Source: a virus
Lineage: Duplodnaviria > Heunggongvirae > Uroviricota > Caudoviricetes
Strand: one strand, 5' to 3'
IMG/VR virus record: IMGVR_UViG_3300042564_004185
Location: 15,198-79,197 of that record
DNA length: 64,000 bases
Below the pieces are notes generated by a model, which searched no databases, was not told where the DNA came from, and was given only the letters and a program-made list of their open reading frames with translations. Positions 1-9,783 of the stretch are shown here, one piece after another. The translations under genes were made by a program, and so were the position numbers. Each line of letters starts with the position of its first letter. Positions within the stretch are counted from its first letter, which is position 1.

Positions 1-8
1 CTGACCAG

Positions 9-1010
9 ATGAAAATGGATTATGCTACTATGTTAGTTGATGCTCAAAGAACTGAAAATCAACAATCATTGTTAAACAATCTTCTAAGAGCTGGTACAAC
101 TATCGGTGCAGCTATTGCAGGTGTAAAACCTGATTATTCTGGGGTTGAATCATTAGAAAAACAAGCTGGCAGAGGCGTTGCTCAAATTAAACAGTTAATG
201 GAGACTGATAAAGCAGAAAGAGAGCTTGACAATGAAAAGAAAATGGCAGACCCTAACTCGGATATATCAAAGCAATTGCGTTCTCTTTTGGCTAAAGCTG
301 GATATCCAGTTGCAGAAAATGTTTCAGCTAAGCAGCTTAAGGATATGGGAATTAATCCTTACAATCTTTTAGCTCAAGACAAACAACAACAAACAACATT
401 AAAAGCTGCTGAATTAAAAGAAGGTAAGAATAAACAGTCCTTCATTACCGGAGCACAAAGATCATTAATGAAGCCATATCAGGATTTTCAAAAAGTAAAT
501 TCAGCTTATGAATCATTACAAAAATTAGCAAATGATCCATCTATTAAGCCGGGAGCTAAAGATGTTGCAATGTTATATGATTTTATTAAAAACTTAGATC
601 CGGGTTCAGTGGTTAGAGAGGGTGAAATTGCATTAATGAAGCAAGGGTATTCAAAAGCCGAAGCATTTGAAATGAATTTTAGAAAAATCATAAATTCTGA
701 TATTTTAAGTCCCAGTTTTAGACAATCAATGGTTGATATAGCTAAAATGAAAAAAGATCAAGCTGAGCAATCTTATAGAGAAATAGCCCAACCTTTTATT
801 GTTAACGCAGCTGGTTTAGGATTAGATGAAAGTGAAATGAATAAATTTGATTATTTATCAGCTAGACAAAGTGTTGCTCCTCAACAGGCACCGAGTGAAA
901 CTTATACACCTAAACAAGAAGCGGCTATTAAAGCATACGCTGATTCTAAGAAGATATCCCGAGAAGAAGCAATACAAAAATTAAAATCAGCTAATCCACC
1001 AAGGTTATAA
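9..1010 (+). CDS. hypothetical virion-module protein; frame is open upstream to the window edge, so possibly 5'-truncated
   Basis: 333-aa ORF heading a co-oriented, tightly packed plus-strand cluster contiguous with the structural block at the window end. Coiled-coil-like, Q/K-rich. No catalytic motif. Confidence 0.45.
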   Translation: MKMDYATMLVDAQRTENQQSLLNNLLRAGTTIGAAIAGVKPDYSGVESLEKQAGRGVAQIKQLMETDKAERELDNEKKMADPNSDISKQLRSLLAKAGYPVAENVSAKQLKDMGINPYNLLAQDKQQQTTLKAAELKEGKNKQSFITGAQRSLMKPYQDFQKVNSAYESLQKLANDPSIKPGAKDVAMLYDFIKNLDPGSVVREGEIALMKQGYSKAEAFEMNFRKIINSDILSPSFRQSMVDIAKMKKDQAEQSYREIAQPFIVNAAGLGLDESEMNKFDYLSARQSVAPQQAPSETYTPKQEAAIKAYADSKKISREEAIQKLKSANPPRL

Positions 1011-1013
1011 TAT

Positions 1014-3044
1014 ATGGCAAATAAAGAAGACGATTTTTCAGCATTTGATTCAGTAATGTCTATCCCTGATGATGAATTTACTGCATTTGATACAGCTATG
1101 CGAGATACTGCACAACCTAAAAAAAATATTTTCCAAAAAACGGGCGATCTTTTAGCGGAGGGAGCTTCGGCAGGTGCTGAATTAGCGTTGGATACTGTTT
1201 CACCATTTGTAACAGGCGAGGCATCTGGTTTAAAAGATTTTTCATTAGGTGCAGCACAAGGAGCAACTTTCGGATTTGCCGATGAAATAGCTGCTAGAGC
1301 TAGTCAATTCATAGATCCTTTAATTAGTAAGTTGTCTGGCGAAGAAGCATTAAATGAACAATTGCGTCAACAAGGATTCCAAGTAGAGCAGCCTGAAACA
1401 ACATATGAAGATGAACTAAAAAGAACTCGTGAAGTATTTAAAAAAGCCGAAGAAGAAAGTCCTTGGTTATATGGTGGAGGATACTTAGCTGGTTCTTTAC
1501 CTTCTGGTCAAGCTTTAGGTGGTGCTTTAAACTTAGCAACAAAAGGTACAAGACTTGCACAATTAGCACAAGCAAGCAGAGCTGGTAGAATTGGTAAGAT
1601 GGCTGCTGAAGGTGCATTGGGTGCTGGTATAGAAGCAATTGGATCTTCTGAAGGATCAATAACTGGAACACCTGAACAACAAGAACAACTAACTGGTGAC
1701 ATAGCGACTGGTGCTGGTATTGGAGCAATCGCAGGGGGAGGTATTGGTACTTTAAGTGAAGTTGCTGTACCTGCTGCAAAGAAGATGTTGAAACCTGTTT
1801 CTGAAAAAATTGGAGAATTTGTAGAAGAAACACCATTTTTAAGACAATTAGGTGTTTCTGCTAAGTATGGTGAGCAAGGTATTAATCCAGTTGCAGAATC
1901 ATCCAGAATTAAAACCACTTTAGGTGAAGAAGGATTAGTAAGAAGGGATACCTCTAGAGCACAAGGTTTGATGGATGAAATTCTTACGGCAGATAAAACC
2001 TTAGCTAGTGGAATTAGCGATTCATTGGAAAAGGCATCAGAAAGAGGTGTTAGAATCGATGCATATGAACCACTCCAAAAATCATTGAGACAATTAAATG
2101 TTGCATATGATAAATTAGAAGAGATAGGTACAAACACTAGAGGTAAATATATTTTAGATAAAATTGCGAATTCAGTTGATAAAAGCTTAGATCCTTTAGA
2201 AGCTAAAATGCTTTTAGATGATGTTGATGCTTTTATTAATAAATTTGGTAGAATTACACCGGGAACAGCAACAACAACTGAAAGTTTAATTGCTGAAAAT
2301 TTACAATCATTTAGAAGAAATTTTTCAAATAATATTAAAGAAGCTGTACCTGAATATAAGACTGCAGCTAAACGATTTGAGGAATTTAGAAGATTTGTCC
2401 CTGAAAGTGTTATTTCCGGAGATTTACCCGTCGAAGTTACTGACGTTTTTATGGGTGAATTAAAAACACCTGAAAAACAATTATTATTAAAATTAAGAGC
2501 TTTAGTTAAAAGTGCCACAAAAACAGGTCAGACTGCTGAACCCGTTGGTGAAGCTTTTGAAAATGTTATTCAAGGAATTAAAAAATTTGAACAAGCAGAA
2601 GCGGCTAGGGGATTAAAAAGTCCATTACCTAGAACAGGTGAAGAATATTTTGAATTAATTAAAAATTATGCAGATGACGCAGCTGCTCGTCGTCAAATGG
2701 CGAGTGTTGAAGAAATGGCTTCTATACAAAGAAATATTCCAGCAGCTGTAATGGAAACAGGTAGTACTTTTAGATCGGGGGCACTAACTACAGCAAATCT
2801 ATATGGTCAAGCTAAAAGAGGAGCGAGAAAACTTTCTCAAAAACTTTATACAGCACCTAGAGAACAATTAGATAGTTTAGCAAATAAATTATCGTCTGTT
2901 CCCGGGTTAGGATCATTAGGTAGAGCGTTAAAAGAAGGAGTGGAATCGAATGATTCATTCAAGAAAAATGCTGCTTTATTTTCAATAATGCAAAATCCAA
3001 GTGCTAAATTATTAATAGATTCTGAAGATGAGTGGGAAGAATAA
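1014..3044 (+). CDS. large Gly/Ala-rich virion protein (internal/ejection or tail-associated candidate)
   Basis: 676-aa ORF starting 4 nt after the previous stop. Long G/A-rich low-complexity segment (GAGIGAIAGGGIGTL) typical of phage internal or tape-measure-like proteins. Confidence 0.45.
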   Translation: MANKEDDFSAFDSVMSIPDDEFTAFDTAMRDTAQPKKNIFQKTGDLLAEGASAGAELALDTVSPFVTGEASGLKDFSLGAAQGATFGFADEIAARASQFIDPLISKLSGEEALNEQLRQQGFQVEQPETTYEDELKRTREVFKKAEEESPWLYGGGYLAGSLPSGQALGGALNLATKGTRLAQLAQASRAGRIGKMAAEGALGAGIEAIGSSEGSITGTPEQQEQLTGDIATGAGIGAIAGGGIGTLSEVAVPAAKKMLKPVSEKIGEFVEETPFLRQLGVSAKYGEQGINPVAESSRIKTTLGEEGLVRRDTSRAQGLMDEILTADKTLASGISDSLEKASERGVRIDAYEPLQKSLRQLNVAYDKLEEIGTNTRGKYILDKIANSVDKSLDPLEAKMLLDDVDAFINKFGRITPGTATTTESLIAENLQSFRRNFSNNIKEAVPEYKTAAKRFEEFRRFVPESVISGDLPVEVTDVFMGELKTPEKQLLLKLRALVKSATKTGQTAEPVGEAFENVIQGIKKFEQAEAARGLKSPLPRTGEEYFELIKNYADDAAARRQMASVEEMASIQRNIPAAVMETGSTFRSGALTTANLYGQAKRGARKLSQKLYTAPREQLDSLANKLSSVPGLGSLGRALKEGVESNDSFKKNAALFSIMQNPSAKLLIDSEDEWEE

Positions 3045-3045
3045 A

Positions 3046-3435
3046 ATGTTAGAATATTTAAAATCTCTGTTGATTGCGTCTTTGGCAGTCTTTGCGCCAA
3101 TAAAAGCGGTCATTATTGTCACTGGTGTATTGGTTACAGCAGATTTAATAACTGGTATATTAGCTGCTCATAAGCGAGGGGAAAAGATTACCTCAGCTGG
3201 TTTAAGACGCACAGTAACTAAAACAGCTGTTTATTTAGCTGCCGTATGCTTGGGATTTTTAGTTGAAAAGTATATGATTGATTCAATTTTACCTATTAGT
3301 AAATTGGTTTCTGGTATTATTGGGGTTGTTGAATTAAAATCATTAATGGAAAATTTAAATACAATACATGGATCTGATTTATTTAAATCGGTAATTGAAA
3401 AATTAGGTTCTATAAACGATAAGAAAAAAGAGTAG
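3046..3435 (+). CDS. small membrane protein with three predicted TM helices (holin-like)
   Basis: Start moved to the internal ATG at 3046, which follows a GGGAAG RBS and sits just after the upstream stop. Three hydrophobic segments with a charged C-terminus. Confidence 0.4.
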   Translation: MLEYLKSLLIASLAVFAPIKAVIIVTGVLVTADLITGILAAHKRGEKITSAGLRRTVTKTAVYLAAVCLGFLVEKYMIDSILPISKLVSGIIGVVELKSLMENLNTIHGSDLFKSVIEKLGSINDKKKE

Positions 3436-3437
3436 TT

Positions 3438-4514
3438 GTGGCTCGTAGAAAATTACAAACATTAAATGAATTTTTGACTGCACAAAAAAATTCAAATGAA
3501 CCTTGGAACGAAGAGGATCGATTGCGTTCTTTTATTAAAAATCCTCCAGATTTAGATAAGTCAACAGACGATGAGTGGAGAGCTTTTTTTGAAAGAGAAG
3601 ACCAGCTTTTAAGGCAAAAAGAAAAACCTCCAAAATTAAATATTGATGATTTTGATATTTTAAATACAAAATCTTCTGATAGTGTATTTTTAAGAGAAAA
3701 AGCAACAGGGAATATAGTTGGCGAATTTCCATATAAAAATTCTAAAATATATGTTCCGCAATTACATAAATTACGAGGGCAAATGGATGTTCCTTTAGAA
3801 GGATATATAACTATGTCTGGTCCTCATTTAGAACCTGAGTTTAGACAAAGAGGACTAGGTGAACAAGTATATAAAAAAATAGAAGAACTTACCGGAAAAA
3901 AGATTTTACCAGATACAATGTTGAGCGACTATTCCTCAGCTTTACATCAAAAAAAAGGTTTAGGTAAATCATTTGGCAAACAAGAATACGAACCTGACAT
4001 AATAAAATTAGTATCTGATAAATTAGACCAATTAGAAATTAAAGATCCAGAGCTAAAACAAAAATTAGCAAAAAACGCTTTTGAAAATTTCAAAAAAAAG
4101 ATGCTGAGTGTAGGGGTTACTGATTTTAAATCAGTTGCTCCACTATTAGTGAAAGGTGGTATTGCTGCTGGAACAGGCGGTCTTTCTTTAGCAGCCGAAG
4201 CTGCAGAACAAGCTTCTGAGTCTGAACCAACTGGAGCAAGTCCAGACAACCCTGATTATTGGCTAGAAAAGGGGGTTAAAGATCCTGCTGAGCAAGAAAG
4301 ATTAGCTAAATTGACAGGATTTAAACAACGTTTAACAACTGGAATTAACTATAATAAAATACCAAGTGCTCACGAAAAACCTGAATTAAAAAAATATAAA
4401 GAGGCAGTATTAGATGCTGAAAAAGAAGGAACTTTATTGCCTAATTATGTTGAAAAAATTCCAGAAGAAGATATATTTTCTAAATTAGAAGCTCTTAAAA
4501 GATTAAAAAAATAA
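3438..4514 (+). CDS. hypothetical protein
   Basis: 358-aa ORF with a GTG start 3 nt after the upstream stop. Glycine-rich GGIAAGTGGLSLAAEAAEQ segment. No recognisable domain. Confidence 0.4.
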   Translation: MARRKLQTLNEFLTAQKNSNEPWNEEDRLRSFIKNPPDLDKSTDDEWRAFFEREDQLLRQKEKPPKLNIDDFDILNTKSSDSVFLREKATGNIVGEFPYKNSKIYVPQLHKLRGQMDVPLEGYITMSGPHLEPEFRQRGLGEQVYKKIEELTGKKILPDTMLSDYSSALHQKKGLGKSFGKQEYEPDIIKLVSDKLDQLEIKDPELKQKLAKNAFENFKKKMLSVGVTDFKSVAPLLVKGGIAAGTGGLSLAAEAAEQASESEPTGASPDNPDYWLEKGVKDPAEQERLAKLTGFKQRLTTGINYNKIPSAHEKPELKKYKEAVLDAEKEGTLLPNYVEKIPEEDIFSKLEALKRLKK

Positions 4515-4534
4515 ATAATGTGAAATATAAAGCT

Positions 4535-4544
4535 TTAACAACAG
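4535..4544 (+). promoter_or_regulatory. TTTAACAACA motif copy
   Basis: 14 nt upstream of the ATG at 4558. Confidence 0.3.
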
Positions 4545-4557
4545 AACAAAATAATAC

Positions 4558-4746
4558 ATGGCTTTTGAAAAATTAAAAAAGAAAATTCAAGGTAAAACTT
4601 CTAGTGGGTCTGTGCCTACAAATCAAAAATTATATTCTCAAATTAAATCAGAAGCTAAGTCTAAATTTGGCGATGATTATCCTTCCGCATATGCTTCTGC
4701 TTGGATTGTAAAAACTTACAAGAAACGTGGTGGCGGATACAGATGA
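4558..4746 (+). CDS. small basic protein
   Basis: 62-aa Lys-rich ORF. The late motif TTTAACAAC lies 14 nt upstream. Its stop overlaps the next start (ATGA). Confidence 0.35.
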   Translation: MAFEKLKKKIQGKTSSGSVPTNQKLYSQIKSEAKSKFGDDYPSAYASAWIVKTYKKRGGGYR

Positions 4747-5003
4747 GTCTTAAGCGTTGGTTCAAAGAAAAATGGAAAAAGAAAGTTGGAGATAAGTACG
4801 TTGAATGTGGTTCTGACGAAGGTCAAGATGATGCAAAATGTCGCCCTGCTAAAAGAATAACTTCGGAAACACCTAAAACGTGGAATGAACTCAGTCCTTC
4901 TGAAAAAAGAAAAGCAATTACAGATAAAAATAAAGCTAACCGTGAAGGAAGACAATACGGTAAAGTTAGATTCCAAAAATTAAAAAAGAAAATTAAGTCT
5001 TAG
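4743..5003 (+). CDS. small basic Lys/Cys-containing protein
   Basis: Start revised to the ATG at 4743 (ATGA overlap with the upstream stop, consistent with translational coupling). Highly basic. Ends at the convergent junction with the minus block. Confidence 0.35.
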   Translation: MSLKRWFKEKWKKKVGDKYVECGSDEGQDDAKCRPAKRITSETPKTWNELSPSEKRKAITDKNKANREGRQYGKVRFQKLKKKIKS

Positions 5004-5011
5004 TTTTTCAA

Positions 5012-5431
5012 TTATTCTACTTTCTTTTCTAAGTCTTCCGCTCTTTCAACATAGCTTAGTTTGTCTTGTGCTTTTTCTCTAGTAAAAATGCATCTATTTC
5101 TGGCATTATTTCTGTTATATATTTTCTTTTTTTCATCTCTTGTTTTATTTAATTTTGGTCCACCATGATTGAAATTCGCATTATTTTCTTCTTCCATAAA
5201 AGCATTCATCCATTTCTTTTCTTCTGGACTTAACTTGTGAAAATAACTTTTAACATCCTCAATAGCATCTTGCCTAGTCTTTAAATTGACACTTGGCTCA
5301 AGGGCAGGATACTGAAAAGAGTTTCTTTTATTTTGTTTTTTTGGTTGTTCGCTTGATTGTTTTTTCTCTTTTACGTTTTTTTTCGTAAATTTCTTGGATT
5401 TTTTTGTAGTTTTTGACATGATATAAATCAC
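5012..5431 (-). CDS. Lys-rich basic protein
   Basis: ORF at the convergent junction. Its 5' end overlaps the neighbouring ORF by about 100 nt in a poly-A/K-rich stretch, so the start is uncertain. Confidence 0.3.
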   Translation of the reverse strand: MIYIMSKTTKKSKKFTKKNVKEKKQSSEQPKKQNKRNSFQYPALEPSVNLKTRQDAIEDVKSYFHKLSPEEKKWMNAFMEEENNANFNHGGPKLNKTRDEKKKIYNRNNARNRCIFTREKAQDKLSYVERAEDLEKKVE

Positions 5432-6044
5432 CTTTATTGTTTACCAAATAAGATTCTCCATATTGGGTCTTGGTTTTTTCCCAAAGTTTATCCCCCAATA
5501 AAAAAAAGTTTAGTTTAGCCATTGGATTTCTTTTAATCTTAAGACAATGTTCTCTGTAAATATGATATAGTATTATACACGGGACGGGCACTGGACCTTT
5601 CTTTATTCCTGTATCTTCCAAAAATCGCATAACGTGTCGAGTAAATGCTTCCGTCGTTAGTCTCATCCTCCTTTTTTTATTTGATAGTATCTCTAGTTGA
5701 GCGTGGTAATGAAAAGCGTTTCTATTGATGTAAACCATTTTGTTAACAATTCTAAAGTATTGTCTCATCTGATTTATGAATGTCATCTCTTTAATACGAC
5801 TGTCGCTTGTTGTCTTCCTATAAAGAAGAACTAAAGCTTTTAATGGAACAGGATATTTACCTGATTTAATATCGAATTTATGTATAAAGTCTAGTAGAGG
5901 GGTTTGTACTATTTGGACTTGTTGTAACTCACCAACATCCGTTGATTCAGCTGACTCTAGCTGTTCAAGTAGTTCTTCTGCGGTTAGCTCGCTTATGTGT
6001 TTGATTTTTTTATCTAACAAGCAAAGAAGCTCCATATACTGCAA
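5328..6044 (-). CDS. hypothetical protein
   Basis: 238-aa ORF in the minus block. No motif recognised. Confidence 0.4.
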   Translation of the reverse strand: MQYMELLCLLDKKIKHISELTAEELLEQLESAESTDVGELQQVQIVQTPLLDFIHKFDIKSGKYPVPLKALVLLYRKTTSDSRIKEMTFINQMRQYFRIVNKMVYINRNAFHYHAQLEILSNKKRRMRLTTEAFTRHVMRFLEDTGIKKGPVPVPCIILYHIYREHCLKIKRNPMAKLNFFLLGDKLWEKTKTQYGESYLVNNKGDLYHVKNYKKIQEIYEKKRKREKTIKRTTKKTK

Positions 6045-6441
6045 ATCCAGCTGAAATTATTCCTAATCCAAACCAAGTTGCTCTTTGCCAATTAGACATT
6101 GTTTCTGCTTTTTCTGTTTGCTTAACAAGTCTTTCGTTTTGATTTAATAAGATCTCAACTTGAAGTTTTTGATTTCCAATTATTTTTTGTTGTATTTCTG
6201 AATTATCTAGAAGTGTTTTATTGAATATTTTAAATTGATCTCTTTCAATTAACTCGTTTCTTATTTGTTCTGATTTTTGTTTTGTGAAAAGTATTCCCGA
6301 AAAAGGAGCAGGAGTTCCTTTATTTATGGCAATTGAATCCTGAGCAAAACCATTGTTAGTCAGGCTTACGATTATTAAACCAATCAGCAAGTTCTTGATC
6401 TGTTTTAGGTTTATCATTTTTTTGTTTTTCCAATTCCTCAA
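6010..6441 (-). CDS. envelope protein with N-terminal signal-like segment, coiled coil and C-terminal TM
   Basis: Hydrophobic N-terminal segment (LLIGLIIVSLTNNGFAQ), a Q/E-rich coiled coil and a C-terminal hydrophobic helix (WFGLGIISAGFAVYGASLLV). Confidence 0.35.
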   Translation of the reverse strand: MRNWKNKKMINLKQIKNLLIGLIIVSLTNNGFAQDSIAINKGTPAPFSGILFTKQKSEQIRNELIERDQFKIFNKTLLDNSEIQQKIIGNQKLQVEILLNQNERLVKQTEKAETMSNWQRATWFGLGIISAGFAVYGASLLVR

Positions 6442-6634
6442 CTCGTTGAGCTGCCTTTGTTAAATTATCTATAACTTGTTTAGCCATTTCCGCATTTTTA
6501 CTTTCTATATCTTTTACTTTTTCAACAACTTTATTATTTTCTTGTCTGGTTGATTTATTTCTAAATAAGGTCATAACCCCAACCCCAGCAGCCCCACAGA
6601 TTATAAAGATGACTAAATTCAATAATTCTTCCAT
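6356..6634 (-). CDS. small N-terminal-TM coiled-coil protein (i-spanin-like topology)
   Basis: 92 aa with an N-terminal TM (LVIFIICGAAGVGVMTLF) followed by a charged coiled coil. Overlaps the next ORF. Confidence 0.35.
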   Translation of the reverse strand: MEELLNLVIFIICGAAGVGVMTLFRNKSTRQENNKVVEKVKDIESKNAEMAKQVIDNLTKAAQRVEELEKQKNDKPKTDQELADWFNNRKPD

Positions 6635-6678
6635 TTATAATATCCTAATATATATTTTTTTAAAAGTATACAATATTT

Positions 6679-6897
6679 TTAATTATTTTTATCTTCCGGT
6701 TCCCAAGCTGTATCTAGAGTTCCAATTTGTTTAAGATATGTAAAAGGTGGGAGCATCCCCGCTTGTTCCAATGCTACGAGTATCCTTTCATTCAAAGGCA
6801 CAAATCCTTCTAAATTACTTATATCCGCTTTAATCCAATCATCAACGAATTTACCATATTCATCGTCTATGATTTTCAATGCTTCACTTCTTTTCAT
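6679..6897 (-). CDS. small protein, paralogue of the 27319..27621 product
   Basis: Shares MKRSExL at the N-terminus, the AGMLPP core and a WEPE C-terminal motif with the ORF upstream of hicA. Confidence 0.4.
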   Translation of the reverse strand: MKRSEALKIIDDEYGKFVDDWIKADISNLEGFVPLNERILVALEQAGMLPPFTYLKQIGTLDTAWEPEDKNN

Positions 6898-7018
6898 TAT
6901 GCCTTTAATAGGTTGTAAACAATAACACCATCTAAGCAGAATCCCAGAACAATACTAAATGGTATAAATGTTGGTTTTTCTAATTTTATTAATATTGTCA
7001 CAAATAAAGTTGCCAAAT

Positions 7019-7381
7019 TTAATCCTTGTTTTTCTTTCTTTTTTTATTAAAATGCTCACGCATTGCGTCTTCTCTTAATGTCTTACTGTTGTGACATGAT
7101 GCACAAATACCTTGTAATTGTTCGGGTTCGACAAATAACCTAACAATATAATCATCCCAAGTTGTAAATCCAGTTCTTATATCAATTACTGGATCGATAT
7201 GATCTATCTGTATTTCTTTTTGTTTAAAGATATCGCCACAATCTTCGCATTTATATTGACCCCTGTCTACTCGTATTCTTTTGTAAACAGCGTCCCTAGC
7301 CCACCAACGAAGTGAGGCTGAACGGAGAGTAGCCTTAACAAACGTATTTAAATTTTGTTTTTTTGGTTTCTTTTCGCTCAT
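7019..7381 (-). CDS. HNH endonuclease
   Basis: CxxC...HIDxxxD...N...CxxCHNxK arrangement (CEDCGD ... DHIDPV ... CASCHNSK). Confidence 0.6.
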   Translation of the reverse strand: MSEKKPKKQNLNTFVKATLRSASLRWWARDAVYKRIRVDRGQYKCEDCGDIFKQKEIQIDHIDPVIDIRTGFTTWDDYIVRLFVEPEQLQGICASCHNSKTLREDAMREHFNKKRKKNKD

Positions 7382-7665
7382 TATAAATCTTTTAATATCT
7401 CTTGATTTTGCAATTCTTCCAGATATTCCATTTTTTGAATTGCTCGATTATATAATTCCCTTGATTCATCATTATTTAATGGAACTGTTACATTCTTAAA
7501 TTTTAATCTATACCAAGGTTGTCTTTCTAATTCAGCAGGATAAACCACTTCTTCCGCTTTTAAGTCTGAATCAATTTCAACTGATGTAAAAAGAACACTT
7601 ACGTGATTCATTTCAATTTTTCCAGAAAGTTCAATTCTATTTCTACATCTTGTGTAATAATTCAT
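7381..7665 (-). CDS. hypothetical protein
   Basis: 94-aa ORF. Stop and start overlap the neighbouring genes. Confidence 0.35.
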   Translation of the reverse strand: MNYYTRCRNRIELSGKIEMNHVSVLFTSVEIDSDLKAEEVVYPAELERQPWYRLKFKNVTVPLNNDESRELYNRAIQKMEYLEELQNQEILKDL

Positions 7666-8090
7666 TTAATACCTTCCACTTTGTCATGAAATGGCTTAGC
7701 GTCTGTCCTATTTTCACATTTAGGTTGATTGCATTTACGCAAATACCACTTACCATCTGGTCTATTGTATACTATAAGTTTCATAACTCCAATAGAACAA
7801 GTGTGGCACTTCCACTTATCTTCTAATTCTTTGAATTTTATTTCTTTGTCACCTTCAATTTCTTTTAAATTTTGTTCTTTTTTAGCACCCTCTAGTAACT
7901 CTTGTAGGCTTAAATCTTTAGTTTTACCTTTCAAAAATTGAATATTTTTTTGAAAAGCAGCCTCGTATGTCTTTAATTCTGATTTTAATTTATCAAGCTC
8001 TTTATCCTTTCTTTTTAATGCGTCTTTAAGTCTTTTAACTTCTCCATCTCTTTCCTTCTCTGGATACGAAAGATGCTTACCTTTAGCCAC
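7662..8090 (-). CDS. coiled-coil protein with C-terminal zinc-ribbon
   Basis: K/E-rich coiled coil then CHTC...C...CxxxxC. Confidence 0.4.
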   Translation of the reverse strand: MAKGKHLSYPEKERDGEVKRLKDALKRKDKELDKLKSELKTYEAAFQKNIQFLKGKTKDLSLQELLEGAKKEQNLKEIEGDKEIKFKELEDKWKCHTCSIGVMKLIVYNRPDGKWYLRKCNQPKCENRTDAKPFHDKVEGIK

Positions 8091-8226
8091 AAAACCTCTC
8101 AGTCTAGAGTAATATTTAGGAATATTTGATTGAAATTTATAACAATTTCAGCCAAAACAAACGGTGCAAATACACCTATTGAAAAAGCACTAATAAAAAT
8201 TAATATCAGTCTGAGTATTGTATCCT

Positions 8227-8730
8227 TCAATTTCCTGAACTCCCGAAACCATTTTGCCCTCTGTTAGTATCGCTCAATTCTTGTACTTCTACAAGTTCAA
8301 TTTGTGGATAGGGTAAAATAATTAGTTGACCAACCCTATCTCCAATATTATATAGTTTTTCATCAAATAGAGGACTTTTTAAATCAGATGTTCTCTTAAA
8401 TCGGATCTTTATCTCTCCCCTATAGTTACAATCGATCACACCGACCGAGTTGCATTGCAAGAGATCGTATTTAGAAATACTAGATCGAGGAAACAATAAT
8501 CCCACATAGCCATTGGGTATTTCAATTGCCAGTCCAGTCCCATACTCAATAAATTCAGTTTGTGCATTAATGCTAATTGCTGTTAAATCTAGACCAGCAT
8601 CTCCCATTTTGGAATAGCATGGGATATGAGCAAGCTCGTTTATTTTTTTGACATTGACTGGTAATAAAGATCCTAATTGTATTAACATTTCTTTTGGAGT
8701 CATTTTTTTCCTTTTGTATATGGGCACCAA
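8227..8730 (-). CDS. dut: dUTP diphosphatase (dUTPase)
   Basis: All five trimeric dUTPase motifs are present: AGLDL, GLLFPRSS, GVIDCNYRGE, RVGQLIIL and the C-terminal RGQNGFGSSG. Confidence 0.8.
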   Translation of the reverse strand: MVPIYKRKKMTPKEMLIQLGSLLPVNVKKINELAHIPCYSKMGDAGLDLTAISINAQTEFIEYGTGLAIEIPNGYVGLLFPRSSISKYDLLQCNSVGVIDCNYRGEIKIRFKRTSDLKSPLFDEKLYNIGDRVGQLIILPYPQIELVEVQELSDTNRGQNGFGSSGN

Positions 8731-8767
8731 GGTGAATTACAGGGAGTATCACCACAGAAAGGACATT

Positions 8768-9418
8768 TCATTTCTTGTACGTCATGGTGTACCACAGATT
8801 TATCTCCGCTCTTAATTGATTTAAATCTATATTGTTATCAATAATTAGATCGTACTCGTCATCATCGCCTAAATCGTTTTCACTAATATGACTATCTGCT
8901 TTATCTTCGGATAATTTTCTTTTAACTAACCCTAGTGTCGCCCCTATATTTACTAATGTTTCCCTCTCGTTTTGAAGCCGAGCGTCTGCGATAACTATAG
9001 GTTTTGGTGTTTTTTTTATTTGTTCTAATAACAAGACAATAAATACATCATCTCTGACATTTTTTCGTATTAGGTCTGTACCAATCGTTTGCATTAATTG
9101 TCGAGGAGTTTTAATTTCCATACCATAAAATTCTTCAATGTTTTCTCTAGTTTCATAATCTATTGCAAATCCCCACTCTTCGGTTATAATATCTCTTACC
9201 TTATCTAAGTGTGAGTAATCTATAGTTATAAAATCATCTAATTCATTATCTTTTTTATTTTCATCATATAATAAATCTTTATCTAACCTAAAAACCTTGA
9301 TCAATAAATCCTTTAATGGTGTTGCCAATGATAATTTAATAAATCCTTGGTCTTTAACTAAAAAATTAGCAATCGTGTCTTTACCGCTTTTCTTTTTTCC
9401 AGATAAAGCTAAAATCAT
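8768..9418 (-). CDS. P-loop dNMP kinase-like protein (T4 gp1-type)
   Basis: N-terminus MILALSGKKKSGKDTIANF closely resembles the T4 deoxynucleotide monophosphate kinase P-loop (LSGxKRSGKDT). Confidence 0.5.
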   Translation of the reverse strand: MILALSGKKKSGKDTIANFLVKDQGFIKLSLATPLKDLLIKVFRLDKDLLYDENKKDNELDDFITIDYSHLDKVRDIITEEWGFAIDYETRENIEEFYGMEIKTPRQLMQTIGTDLIRKNVRDDVFIVLLLEQIKKTPKPIVIADARLQNERETLVNIGATLGLVKRKLSEDKADSHISENDLGDDDEYDLIIDNNIDLNQLRAEINLWYTMTYKK

Positions 9419-9780
9419 ATTTTCTCCTGAAAGAATTTATCCGCTATTAAATCTGACCAAAAAATAATTTCAGCACTATGATCTGCAATGATTTCACAAA
9501 ATGTTTCTTCTGTCTGTAATGAATCATGAGATGCCGTATGAGTATTTGTCATTGAATATAATAGATGCCCTATTTCATGTCTAATATCTTTAACACACCA
9601 ATCACTTTTTCGAAAGTGAACTTCATAATGAGTTGGAAGAGTCATTGCTACGCTGCAATTATCCTCTTCTTTCTCATTATTATTATGAAGTTTATCAAAG
9701 TTTTTATCGGTCATCAATCGAAATGTCCAATCCCTACCCTTTATATTCAAAACTGTTCTTTTTTCATTTTTAGGAATCAT
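9415..9780 (-). CDS. small HExxH zincin-like protein
   Basis: HEIGHLLY motif in a 121-aa protein. Confidence 0.4.
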   Translation of the reverse strand: MIPKNEKRTVLNIKGRDWTFRLMTDKNFDKLHNNNEKEEDNCSVAMTLPTHYEVHFRKSDWCVKDIRHEIGHLLYSMTNTHTASHDSLQTEETFCEIIADHSAEIIFWSDLIADKFFQEKI

Positions 9781-9783
9781 TTT

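Noticed and set aside
1508-2518. 336-aa minus-strand ORF inside the plus-strand 676-aa gene
   Set aside because: It is antisense to a well-supported gene, is low-complexity (S/A/L-rich) and mirrors the Gly/Ala-rich coding strand. Shadow ORF.
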